Shown piece after piece: positions 15,941 through 24,242 of a stretch of 34,417 nt of DNA. The position numbers were made by a program, and so were the translations under genes. The notes under the pieces were generated by a model. The model searched no databases. It saw only the letters and a list, made by a program, of their open reading frames with translations, and was not told the origin of the DNA. The DNA is from Kiritimatiellia bacterium (GTDB lineage Bacteria > Verrucomicrobiota > Kiritimatiellia > B70-G9): the NCBI GenBank assembly GCA_012961745.1, contig DTYT01000358.1:1-34417 (forward strand). Direction: 5' to 3'. Each line of letters begins with the position of its first letter. Within the stretch, counting starts at the first letter, position 1.

Positions 15941-16435
15941 TCACTCTCCGGTACGCAGGCGGTGAATATGGCAAACCGCCGCCGCCAGGGCGTCAGCGGC
16001 GTCAGCGGGGGGGGGCTCCCTCAACCCCAGAATCCGTCTGATCATGAATCCAACCTGACTCTTGTGCGCCGCACCCGTGCCTACCAGCGCACGCTTTATC
16101 TCCCGTGGAGAGTACTGGCAGGTCGGCACCCCGGCGGCGGCACAGGCTGCCAATATCACACCCCGGGCCTCTCCCAGGGTTATTGCCGTTCGGACGTTCC
16201 GCTGGAAAAAGGGGCTCTCCAACACCGCCACCGAAGGCGAATAGTCATCAATGACGTGGCAGATATTGGAGTAAAGGCGGCTGAGTCCTTCACCGTGGGA
16301 CATCCGGGCGGGATTCCGGATGACATGATAATGCAGCAATGATACCCGCTTCCCCCGCACGGAGACCAGACCCACCCCCGTAGCCCGCAGGGAAGCATCG
16401 ATCCCCATGACCACGAACTCGCGAGCCTGATCCAC
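15941..16435 (-). CDS. ruvC: crossover junction endodeoxyribonuclease RuvC
   Basis: VMGIDASLRATGVGLV, VAVLESPFFQRNVRTAITLGEARGV, REIKRALVGTGAAHKSQV and ADAADALAAAVCH contain the RuvC catalytic D/E/D/D pattern. The start is either GTG 16435 (1 nt after the yebC stop) or ATG 16408. Confidence 0.9.
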   Translation of the reverse strand: MDQAREFVVMGIDASLRATGVGLVSVRGKRVSLLHYHVIRNPARMSHGEGLSRLYSNICHVIDDYSPSVAVLESPFFQRNVRTAITLGEARGVILAACAAAGVPTCQYSPREIKRALVGTGAAHKSQVGFMIRRILGLREPPPADAADALAAAVCHIHRLRTGE

Positions 16436-16436
16436 C

Positions 16437-17192
16437 CTAGGATTCCGTAAGCTGCGAAATCAGCTCGTCGGTGATGTCAGCATTATTGTACACGCTCTGA
16501 ACGTCATCCAGATCTTCCAGGGCCTCAAAAAACTGCATGAGAGTCCTCGCCAGAGCAGCGTCCGAAATGGAAATGTACACATCCGGGACCAGGGTCACTT
16601 CACATGACGTGACCGGAATGGCTGCGCTGCGTAACGCCTCCACTACACCGGAAAACGCTTCCGGCGTGGTCCAGACCTCAAACTGGCCGTTTTCCTCATT
16701 TACATCATCTGCTCCCGCGCGGACGGCGATCTCCAGCAGGCGATCTTCTTGGACCTTGTCCGCCGGCACGGTGATACATCCACGCCGACGGAAGAGGCGT
16801 GCCACGCTGCCCTGCCCACTCAGTCTACCGTGATACCGATTGAAAATCTTGCGGACTTCCGACGTCGTCCGGTTGCGGTTGTCCGTAAGGGCCTGCACAA
16901 TCAGGCCGACGCCGCCGGCAGCGTAGCCCTCGTATACCACCTCCTCGTAGGCCGCGCATCCACTCTGACCGGCCCCTTTCTTGATCGCCCGTTCAATGTT
17001 ATCCATGGGCATGTTTGCGGCGCGCGCCTTCTGGATCACCTGGCGTAAGACCGGATTGCCCGAGGGTTCCGCGCCACCGTCCCGCGCAGCTATCATGATC
17101 TCACGGGCGAGCTTGCTGAAAATCTTTCCGCGCCTTGCGTCGGTCGCCGCCTTTTTACGCTTGATGGTTGACCATTTGCTGTGTCCGCTCAT
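16437..17192 (-). CDS. yebC: YebC/PmpR family DNA-binding transcriptional regulator
   Basis: The sequence begins with MSGHSKWSTIKRKKAATDARRGKIFSKLAREIMIAAR, the hallmark N-terminus of the YebC family. It sits in the classic yebC-ruvC arrangement. Confidence 0.93.
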   Translation of the reverse strand: MSGHSKWSTIKRKKAATDARRGKIFSKLAREIMIAARDGGAEPSGNPVLRQVIQKARAANMPMDNIERAIKKGAGQSGCAAYEEVVYEGYAAGGVGLIVQALTDNRNRTTSEVRKIFNRYHGRLSGQGSVARLFRRRGCITVPADKVQEDRLLEIAVRAGADDVNEENGQFEVWTTPEAFSGVVEALRSAAIPVTSCEVTLVPDVYISISDAALARTLMQFFEALEDLDDVQSVYNNADITDELISQLTES

Positions 17193-17244
17193 CCCCGGCC
17201 TCTACGCTCCCCGCACAAGCCCTGCCGGTGTTGACCATTTCTTC

Positions 17245-19263
17245 CTATTCAGCCTGCCGCTCTTTCTGTGAGACCGCGATTATCTTCTGCGCTATGTTAC
17301 TGGGCACGACTTCGTATCGCGAGAACTGCATTTCAAATGTACCGCGACCGCCGGTGAGACTGCGAAGTTGAGAGGCATAGGTAAACATTTCGGCCTGGGG
17401 AACCTCGGCATGTATCACCTGAAGGCCGTCTTCAGTCGACATGCCAAGGATGCGGCCCCGGCGCTGATTGAGATCGCCGGCAACCTCGCCCATGAACTGA
17501 TCCGGTATCATCACCTTCACCTTCATTATCGGTTCCAGCAACACCGGTCTGGCTTTGGACATGCCATCCCGAAAAGCCCGCGCGGCCGCAATCTTGAAAG
17601 ATATCTCTGAGGAATCCACCTCGTGATGAGACCCGTCGTATACTGTAACCTTCACGTTGATCACCGGATAGCCCGCCAAGGCTCCGGCCTGCATGGCCTC
17701 CACCAATCCCTTCTGGATCGCCGGCATAAAGCCGGAGGGAATCACCCCGCCCACGATGGCGTCCACGAACCATTCCTCGTCGGACGGCTCCCGGGGCTCC
17801 GCGCGAAGATATACTTCTCCGTACTGGCCTCGTCCCCCGGTCTGCTTCTTGTGCTTGTAATGCCCCTCCCCGACCGCCGTGATCGTCTCCTTGTAAGGCA
17901 CTCGGGGCGTGGTCAGCCCCACATCTACATTGCTGCGCTGTTTCAGCCTCTTGACCGCAACATCAATCTGGACGTCTCCCAATCCCGACAGAATCAGCTC
18001 CTTGGTCTCAGGATTACGCTCCACTTTCAGCGTGGGGTCATCTTCCGCAAGACGTTGAAGACCGGTGCTGAGTTTGTCTTCGTCTCCCTGACTTTTGGGA
18101 GCGACTGCGTATGATGCGACCGGCTGCGGAAAAACGATCGGGGGCAGAGTGCGGTCACAGCCCGGTGATGTCAGAGTATCATTCAGGGTTGTATAACGGA
18201 GCTTCGCCAGCGCGACGATCTCTCCGGCCGCGGCGGCCCCCACCGTCTCCTGATGGCGGCCGTTCACCACGTATACACTCCCTATTCGTTCCTTCTGCTT
18301 TTTCGTGGAATTATAGACCTCGCTATCACTCTCCAAGATCCCCCCAAAAATCCGGACAAAAAGCATCTGGCCCACATATGGATCGTTCACGGCCCGCCAG
18401 ACCAAACCCATCAGCGGCCCTTCAGCCGACCCGTCGACAGCTTCCCCACTCTGGTCCTGTGGTGGACGATCCCCCGGAGCCGGAAAGAAGCGGCATACTC
18501 CCCTGAGCAACTGCTCGACACCCTGCTCACTCTTCCCGGAGGCGAACCATACCGGGACGAGCTTGCACTCCAGAACCGCCCGGCGCGCTCCAGCAGCAAC
18601 TTCCTCCGCTGAAAGCTCCTCGCCACCAAGGTACTTCTCGATAAGGGTATCGTCGGTCTCGGCAACCGCCTCCATCAGCTGCTCCTGGAACTGGGCGGTC
18701 CCGTCGTCCTTGCTCCCCCCCGGAAGTATTTCGGTTATTCCGCCGCTGGTGGGATACACCACGGGGATACAACGGCGACCCCAGATGTCCCGCAGCTTCT
18801 CCAATACCCCTCGCGGATCAGCATTCTCCCGGTCTATTCCGGTTATCACAACCCCCCGGGGGATGCTCCGGTGTTCGCAGAGTTTCCACGCACGCGTGGT
18901 TCCTACCTGCAACCCTCCCACCGCATCTACTGCAATCAGGGCGGCATCTGCTACACCGGCGGCGGCCACTACCTGACCGAAAAAATCGGCATATCCGGGA
19001 GTATCAACAAAAACCAGACGAGCTATGCTCTCGTCATATGCGAAATCTACGGTAAAGGGCTTAGCCCATATGGATATCTTCCGCTCCTTCTCCTCCTCTG
19101 TCCAATCAGCCATACTCGATCCATCATCCGGCGTACCCAAGCGCGTATTCAGACCAACGCGATGAAGAATGGCATCGACCAGTTGGGTTTTCCCGCTGCC
19201 GGTATGACCCAGCAATACGAAGTTACGCACAGCGTTGTGTTTCCCCCTCTTCATTGTCCGCAT
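17245..19263 (-). CDS. elongation factor G paralogue (EF-G-like translational GTPase family) with substituted GTPase motifs
   Basis: It has five-domain EF-G architecture (G domain, domain II, III, IV with GGRGQYG, V). G1 is GHTGSGKT, switch I RKISI, G3 DTPGYADF and G4 ITGIDR. I prefer the start at MRTMKRGK (ATG 19263). The track's upstream extension to 19407 overlaps the ABM gene end. Confidence 0.85.
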   Translation of the reverse strand: MRTMKRGKHNAVRNFVLLGHTGSGKTQLVDAILHRVGLNTRLGTPDDGSSMADWTEEEKERKISIWAKPFTVDFAYDESIARLVFVDTPGYADFFGQVVAAAGVADAALIAVDAVGGLQVGTTRAWKLCEHRSIPRGVVITGIDRENADPRGVLEKLRDIWGRRCIPVVYPTSGGITEILPGGSKDDGTAQFQEQLMEAVAETDDTLIEKYLGGEELSAEEVAAGARRAVLECKLVPVWFASGKSEQGVEQLLRGVCRFFPAPGDRPPQDQSGEAVDGSAEGPLMGLVWRAVNDPYVGQMLFVRIFGGILESDSEVYNSTKKQKERIGSVYVVNGRHQETVGAAAAGEIVALAKLRYTTLNDTLTSPGCDRTLPPIVFPQPVASYAVAPKSQGDEDKLSTGLQRLAEDDPTLKVERNPETKELILSGLGDVQIDVAVKRLKQRSNVDVGLTTPRVPYKETITAVGEGHYKHKKQTGGRGQYGEVYLRAEPREPSDEEWFVDAIVGGVIPSGFMPAIQKGLVEAMQAGALAGYPVINVKVTVYDGSHHEVDSSEISFKIAAARAFRDGMSKARPVLLEPIMKVKVMIPDQFMGEVAGDLNQRRGRILGMSTEDGLQVIHAEVPQAEMFTYASQLRSLTGGRGTFEMQFSRYEVVPSNIAQKIIAVSQKERQAE

Positions 19264-19399
19264 ATGCAACCTCTCATCATTGATACCACTCCAGAAACCA
19301 GGGAAATGCGGCGATTTCTTACTACATCTCAGGCCGCAAACGCAATTCTTTTCCGGACGGCTCAGCAGCGGAAAGCGACTATCCCCGACCGAGCGGCCC

Positions 19400-19696
19400 T
19401 TAGCCAAGCGGGAAGAGGCCCTCGAACCTCACCCCTTTGCGCGGCTCCGCCATCCAATCAGCCACGGCCTCTCTCCACTTCAGATAATGGGATGTCGCCT
19501 TGTGCGCAGCCGCAGCACCAGCATCGCGATATGCCTCGTAGAGAATAAAATAGGTCGGATCGTCCACCGACCGCAACACGTCGAATCTCAGATTTCCCTC
19601 TTCTTGCACTGAAGCATAATGATTCTCGCGAGTCGCTGCGATGAAATCATCCACCCTCTCGGGCTTCACGTGAACATGAACCAGCGTCACATACAT
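19400..19696 (-). CDS. antibiotic biosynthesis monooxygenase (ABM) domain protein / putative quinol monooxygenase
   Basis: 98 aa. MYVTLVHVHVKPERVDDFIAATRENHYASVQEEGNLRFDVLRSVDDPTYFILYEAYRDAGAAAAHKATSHY shows the typical ferredoxin-like ABM fold signature. Confidence 0.8.
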   Translation of the reverse strand: MYVTLVHVHVKPERVDDFIAATRENHYASVQEEGNLRFDVLRSVDDPTYFILYEAYRDAGAAAAHKATSHYLKWREAVADWMAEPRKGVRFEGLFPLG

Positions 19697-19744
19697 CTGC
19701 CCCCCCTTCCTTCCGGTTGCGATCAGAACCTCTCCCGTCAGCCC

Positions 19745-20527
19745 TCAGCGCTCGCCCGAAGACCTGAATACCACCAGCTCCTCCGACTTCTCCTTGGCCG
19801 CGACGGATTCCGGGGAAAATACAAAGGGGCCCACGGTAATGAATACCAACCCGGAAAGACAGATAAGAAGCGAAGTGGCAACCGCGACCGGCGGCCATGT
19901 AAAAATCATTGCCACCATCAGTGCCGCGGGCAAGAAAAAGGCCGGATCTTTCGTCAACTTCGGATACCGGATGGTTGAGATTTCCAGCAACAGCATTACC
20001 AGCAAGACACCCCATACAAACAGCGACCACGGTCCGTGCGAGAGAGAGAAACCGGTTTCGATGAGTACATCACTGGACTCCACGAATACAAACAGCGCGA
20101 TCCAGCCCGCCGCTATGGTCACCGGCAGACCAACGTAGCCATCCTGTCCGCGGTCGGGATTGACTATGCGAAAGCGCGCCAGTCTGGCTGCCGCCATAAT
20201 CACCACCAGTGAAGGCACAACCACTCCCCACGGACCGAGGGGCTGGAAAACCGCCTCGTATGCCAGCACAGCCGGGGCCACTCCAAAACAGGTAATGTCC
20301 ACGAAGGTATCAAACTCAGCGCCAAACAGCGATGTCGCCCTCATCCATCGCGCGATATTCCCATCCAGCCCATCAAGCACCATTCCCAGCATTATCAGCC
20401 GCGCAGCGCTGACGAAGTCTCCTTCCGCACTCTTCAGGATGCTGAAGAAACCCGCCAGCAGACCAGCCGCACTCAAAGAAAACGGCACCCCGGCCTTAAG
20501 ATGACTCTTGCTGGTCATGTTCATCAC
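19745..20527 (-). CDS. pssA: CDP-diacylglycerol--serine O-phosphatidyltransferase (CDP-alcohol phosphatidyltransferase family)
   Basis: DGLDGNIARWMRATSLFGAEFDTFVDITCFGVAPA matches the D-G-x2-A-R-x8-G-x3-D-x3-D motif. The protein is multi-TM and lies directly downstream of psd. Its start overlaps the psd 3' end by 23-32 nt. Confidence 0.85.
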   Translation of the reverse strand: MMNMTSKSHLKAGVPFSLSAAGLLAGFFSILKSAEGDFVSAARLIMLGMVLDGLDGNIARWMRATSLFGAEFDTFVDITCFGVAPAVLAYEAVFQPLGPWGVVVPSLVVIMAAARLARFRIVNPDRGQDGYVGLPVTIAAGWIALFVFVESSDVLIETGFSLSHGPWSLFVWGVLLVMLLLEISTIRYPKLTKDPAFFLPAALMVAMIFTWPPVAVATSLLICLSGLVFITVGPFVFSPESVAAKEKSEELVVFRSSGER

Positions 20528-21176
20528 TACCTATCCTCGCTACCGCGGTTGTCCCTGCAAACACCTTGCAGCCCACCCCCACGCATGGCCGCACTGTCGC
20601 AGCCGGAAGATACATATCCAGCCGCGATCCGAACCTCATCATGCCAAGTTCCTGTCCCTGAGCCACCCTCTCACCTTCGCGCAGCCAACAAGCCACCCGC
20701 CGGACGAAAGGTCCCGCGATCTGGTGGACAATGCAGCGCACCCCCCCTGCCGAAAGTACGATCTCCGTGTGCTCATTATACTCGGAGGACTTTTCCTTGA
20801 TAGTGAAAAAATGTCGCCCGGGGACATACCGGTAAGCGGTGACCGTCGCGGTAATCGGCGAACGGTTCACATGGACGTCGAGTGGGGAAAGAAAAATACT
20901 TAGGCATAATGCCCTGTTCTCCGGAAAGCGCCCATCGTCCACCTCCTCTACGCGCCGGACGGTTCCATCCGCTCCGGCCACGATTACATTCGGATCACCT
21001 GGCGGTGTTCTATCCGGATTGCGATGGAAGTACGCCATGAACAAAGCGGCCACGACGCCCACCGTACCCCCAGCCAGCCAGAGGAAACTGGCAGTCCGTA
21101 TGCCCAGCGCCAGCATGCCCCCCGCGGCGACCAAGGGCACGGCAATCCACGGCATCGCTCCTCGCGCCAGACGCAT
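20496..21176 (-). CDS. psd: phosphatidylserine decarboxylase proenzyme (short form)
   Basis: It has an N-terminal TM region, FLSPLDVHVNRSP, and the self-cleavage site region GMMRFGSRLDMYLP (G-S motif). Confidence 0.88.
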   Translation of the reverse strand: MRLARGAMPWIAVPLVAAGGMLALGIRTASFLWLAGGTVGVVAALFMAYFHRNPDRTPPGDPNVIVAGADGTVRRVEEVDDGRFPENRALCLSIFLSPLDVHVNRSPITATVTAYRYVPGRHFFTIKEKSSEYNEHTEIVLSAGGVRCIVHQIAGPFVRRVACWLREGERVAQGQELGMMRFGSRLDMYLPAATVRPCVGVGCKVFAGTTAVARIGSDEHDQQESS

Positions 21177-21196
21177 CTTTATCCCCCGACTCCGAA

Positions 21197-21583
21197 TCAG
21201 TCGGTAGATTCACCCACCGCAATGACACGGGCATCGCTCCAGAGATCTTCCAACGCGTAGTATTCCCGGAGCTGGCGAGTCAATATATGAACCATGAAAT
21301 CCAGATAGTCCAGTACCACCCAGCCGCTGTCCTCGTGACCCGCACGGCGGTGCTTTACCGTCCCCATCTCGGCTAGCTTCTTCTCTACTTCCTCGCATAA
21401 CGCCTTGATATGCGGAGTATTTTCACCGGTGACGATAATCATATAATCGGTCACATCGTTCAGCCCACGCACATCCAATATCACCGGATCCCGTCCCTTC
21501 TTCTGTAAGAGACTGGCCCGAGCCCCTAGAACCAGACTCCGGACAAGCGATCCGGCTCTGTCAATCCTCCCGCTTCGGCTCAC
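21197..21583 (-). CDS. rsfS: ribosome silencing factor RsfS
   Basis: DPVILDVRGLNDVTDYMIIVTGENTPHIKALCEEVEKKL...WVVLDYLDFMVHILTRQLREYYALEDLW is the RsfS/iojap signature. I place the start at GTG 21583, overlapping the nadD 3' end by 23 nt. The track's 21679 start lies well inside nadD. Confidence 0.85.
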   Translation of the reverse strand: MSRSGRIDRAGSLVRSLVLGARASLLQKKGRDPVILDVRGLNDVTDYMIIVTGENTPHIKALCEEVEKKLAEMGTVKHRRAGHEDSGWVVLDYLDFMVHILTRQLREYYALEDLWSDARVIAVGESTD

Positions 21584-22199
21584 TTCGATCAGATGCCTTC
21601 CGGCCGTATAATCCGACCTGCCTAATATAGGCCGCAACAGAATCCGGCACAAAATACCGGTAACCCCGGCCCGATGCAATTCTGCGCCGGATCTCGCTCG
21701 AGGATATTTCCACTAGATGCCCCCGATGGACTCCCGCAGCCAATTTTTCCGGCCATGGAGGCTTCAGCCGGATATCTTCCGCCTTGACCACCGGGATCCC
21801 CGGTCGCTGGAAAACCAGTAACTCACAAAACTCCAACACCGCATAAATATCTTTCCACGTATGCAGCTCACGAAGACAGTCGCTGCCCAGTATGAGCACC
21901 AGTTCCATTCCGGGAAACGCCGTTCTCAAATCCCGCAAAGTGTCCACCGTATAGGTTATCCCGCCCCTCTGGGCATCTACCTCACTCAGCTCCAGAACGC
22001 CGTCGTCCGCTACGGCCCGTTCAACCATGGCGATCCGGTGCCGGATATCCGCCAACCCTTCTTTTGGTTTGTGCGGCGGCGTGGCGCAAGGCGTCAACAA
22101 CACACGGTCCAAGCCCCCCTTTTCCGCCGCGTCAAGTGCCAAGATTAAATGGCCTAGATGTATGGGATTGAAAGCCCCACCAAGTATCCCCATCCGCAT
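21561..22199 (-). CDS. nadD: nicotinate-nucleotide adenylyltransferase
   Basis: MRMGILGGAFNPIHLGHL contains the (H/T)xGH nucleotidyltransferase motif, and ISSSEIRRRI is the ISST-like motif. The conserved nadD-rsfS pairing is present. Confidence 0.9.
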   Translation of the reverse strand: MRMGILGGAFNPIHLGHLILALDAAEKGGLDRVLLTPCATPPHKPKEGLADIRHRIAMVERAVADDGVLELSEVDAQRGGITYTVDTLRDLRTAFPGMELVLILGSDCLRELHTWKDIYAVLEFCELLVFQRPGIPVVKAEDIRLKPPWPEKLAAGVHRGHLVEISSSEIRRRIASGRGYRYFVPDSVAAYIRQVGLYGRKASDRSEPKRED

Positions 22200-22356
22200 G
22201 ACCCGCCTCCACCGTTATACTAACACCGGCCCTATTGACAAACAAGCCCGCCCCGAGTACTACCACGCTGCAAGATATTCACCCTTGACGGGGGAATCCC
22301 GGCCGAAGAGGATGGGGTTCCGGCCGTAAGAAGTGTCCCCAAACAAGGAGTAGATC

Positions 22357-22965
22357 ATGCTCCGGCTGGCGACAATGGGATCGGGGAAGGGATCAAACCT
22401 CCAGGCCATACTGGATGCGATCGACTCGGGGCGCCTCGCGGCTCAAGTAGTTTGCGTGGTATCGGATGTACCCGACGCCTTCATCCTGGAACGTGCCCGC
22501 CGCCGCGGTGTCCCGGCTTACTTCGTCGACTGTTCTCCGTTCAAGACCAAGCTCGACGGCGAGGGAGAAAGGAAGGTGATCTCGATCCTGGAGGAACACG
22601 GTGCCGATACGGTTGCACTGGCCGGCTTCATGCGGATAATCAAAGCGGGCCTGCTCACCCGCTATCCCATGCGTATTCTCAATATCCACCCTTCTCTTCT
22701 CCCTGCTTTTCCCGGTCTCCAAGCCTGGAAGCAGGCACTGGAATACGGAGTGAAAATTTCGGGTTGCACTGTCCACTTTGTGGACCTTGGCATGGACACC
22801 GGCCCGATTATCCTCCAGCGCTCGGTAGCGGTGCTCGAAAACGATACCCCCGAGACCCTCCACGCGCGAATACAGCGGGAAGAACACATCGCCTACCCTG
22901 AAGCACTCCAGTTACTTTCCGAGAACCGTCTCAGGATAGAAGGTCGCCGTGTGCGGATCGTGTAG
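22357..22965 (+). CDS. purN: phosphoribosylglycinamide formyltransferase
   Basis: GSGKGSNLQAILDAI, LAGFMRI, NIHPSLLPAFPG and GCTVHFVD..MDTGPII are present. AAGGAG RBS lies 7 nt upstream. Confidence 0.92.
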   Translation: MLRLATMGSGKGSNLQAILDAIDSGRLAAQVVCVVSDVPDAFILERARRRGVPAYFVDCSPFKTKLDGEGERKVISILEEHGADTVALAGFMRIIKAGLLTRYPMRILNIHPSLLPAFPGLQAWKQALEYGVKISGCTVHFVDLGMDTGPIILQRSVAVLENDTPETLHARIQREEHIAYPEALQLLSENRLRIEGRRVRIV

Positions 22966-23097
22966 AGTGCGGCTCCGTTCAGTAAACTTCAGCGCCCCCG
23001 AGTATACCAACTTCGGCGGGTGCTATTGTGAAAAATGATCGGGTGGACAGCCGGGCGGCGATACGGTAGGTTACTGCATCACGAGGACTGAACCGTC

Positions 23098-23991
23098 ATG
23101 CGTGCCGGGGCAGGAAAAAGGCGGCAGATCGTTCTGGGCTTACCCAAGGGAAGCCTGCAGGAGATCACGCTATACCTCCTCAAGAAGGCCGGCTACTCGG
23201 TGACTGTGGGCAGCCGCGCCTACATACCCGTCATTGATGATCCGGAAATCGAGGCCCGTTTGATCCGCGCCCAGGAAATCAGCCGCTATGTGGAAAATGG
23301 GCTGCTGGATGCCGGTATCACCGGGTACGACTGGATTGTCGAAAACCGGTCCGACGTGGTCGAAGTCGCCGAGCTGGTCTATGCCCGTCAAGGCCTGCGA
23401 CCGGTCAGATGGGTCCTGGCCGTGCCCGAGGACTCGCCGATCCGGTCTGTGAAAGATCTGCAGGGCAAGAGGATTGCCACCGAGGCAGTCGGCCTGACGC
23501 GCCAATACCTCCAGAAACACGGGGTGGACGCGGAGGTTGAATTCTCCTGGGGGGCCACGGAGGTCAAAGCACCCGAACTCGTAGATGCGATCGTTGAAAT
23601 TACCGAAACCGGCGTCTCGCTGCGTGCCAACAACCTGCGGGTGCTCGATACGGTTCTGGAGTCCACGACACGAATCATAGCCAACCGTCGTGCATGGGAC
23701 GACTCGTGGAAGCGGAGAAAAATTTCCAACCTGGCACTCCTTATGAAGGGGGTCCTCCTTGCTGAAGCACGTGTCCTGATCAAGATGAACGTACCGAAGG
23801 ACAAGCTCGAGCAGGTGATCTCTCTGTTGCCTGCGATGCACGCACCGACCATCAACCCCCTAACAAGCGACAATTGGTGCTCAATCGAATCCGTAGTCGA
23901 AGAGACAACGGTCCGCGAGATCATTCCACGCCTCAAAGAGGCGGGAGCTGCCGACATAATTGAATTGCCGTTGAACAAGGTGGTACCATGA
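23098..23991 (+). CDS. hisG: ATP phosphoribosyltransferase, long form
   Basis: LGLPKGSLQE, ARLIRAQEISRYVENGLLDAGITGYDWI and VDAIVEITETGVSLRANNL are present. The C-terminal regulatory domain (INPLTSDNWCSIESVV...) indicates the long HisG form. Confidence 0.92.
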   Translation: MRAGAGKRRQIVLGLPKGSLQEITLYLLKKAGYSVTVGSRAYIPVIDDPEIEARLIRAQEISRYVENGLLDAGITGYDWIVENRSDVVEVAELVYARQGLRPVRWVLAVPEDSPIRSVKDLQGKRIATEAVGLTRQYLQKHGVDAEVEFSWGATEVKAPELVDAIVEITETGVSLRANNLRVLDTVLESTTRIIANRRAWDDSWKRRKISNLALLMKGVLLAEARVLIKMNVPKDKLEQVISLLPAMHAPTINPLTSDNWCSIESVVEETTVREIIPRLKEAGAADIIELPLNKVVP

Positions 23992-24106
23992 CTGTCTCAG
24001 ATGCCAGGATGTATCCTGGCATTGCGGTCCACTTCGGGCGGTGAACGCTGTTGAAATCGGCGGAATATATGGAACAGACTGCATCGGTTGAGAAAGGCAC
24101 AGGCTC

Positions 24107-24196
24107 ATGGGCAGTATCAAGAAAAAGCGCCTCAAGAAAATGGCCAAGCACAAGCGGCGTAAGCGGCTGCGTGCTAACCGGCACAAGAAGAGATAG
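24107..24196 (+). CDS. 29-aa highly basic microprotein, ribosomal protein bS22-like (AURKAIP1/COX24-domain type)
   Basis: Not in the ORF track (too short, and hidden under the 24051.. ORF in another frame). ATG 24107 to TAG 24196 encodes MGSIKKKRLKKMAKHKRRKRLRANRHKKR. This closely resembles my recollection of the actinobacterial bS22 consensus MGSVIKKRRKRM.KKKHRKLL..TR.QRR. Confidence 0.65.
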   Translation: MGSIKKKRLKKMAKHKRRKRLRANRHKKR

Positions 24197-24242
24197 GTCA
24201 AGAAAGATCCCGGGCGGGACTGCACGGAGACTGCTGCCGTGG

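Noticed and set aside
22270-22340. Hairpin CGGCCG-(15 nt)-CGGCCG and flanking GAATCCC/GGGGTTC pairing upstream of purN, considered as a ZTP or purine riboswitch
   Set aside because: The conserved ZTP (pfl) elements (GGGUCGUGACUGGCG... and the CCGCCUGGGC pseudoknot strand) and the purine-riboswitch junction nucleotides are absent. It is probably just leader secondary structure.
23170-23978. Two long minus-strand ORFs (223 and 196 aa) over hisG
   Set aside because: Both are antisense to the clearly conserved long-form hisG. Their products are Arg/His/Pro-rich with no motif.
24051-24242. Upstream extension of the TPR protein ORF (track start at 24051)
   Set aside because: The extension is Ser/Arg/Gly-rich and overlaps the bS22-like micro-ORF in another frame. 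A canonical lipoprotein signal peptide begins at ATG 24243.
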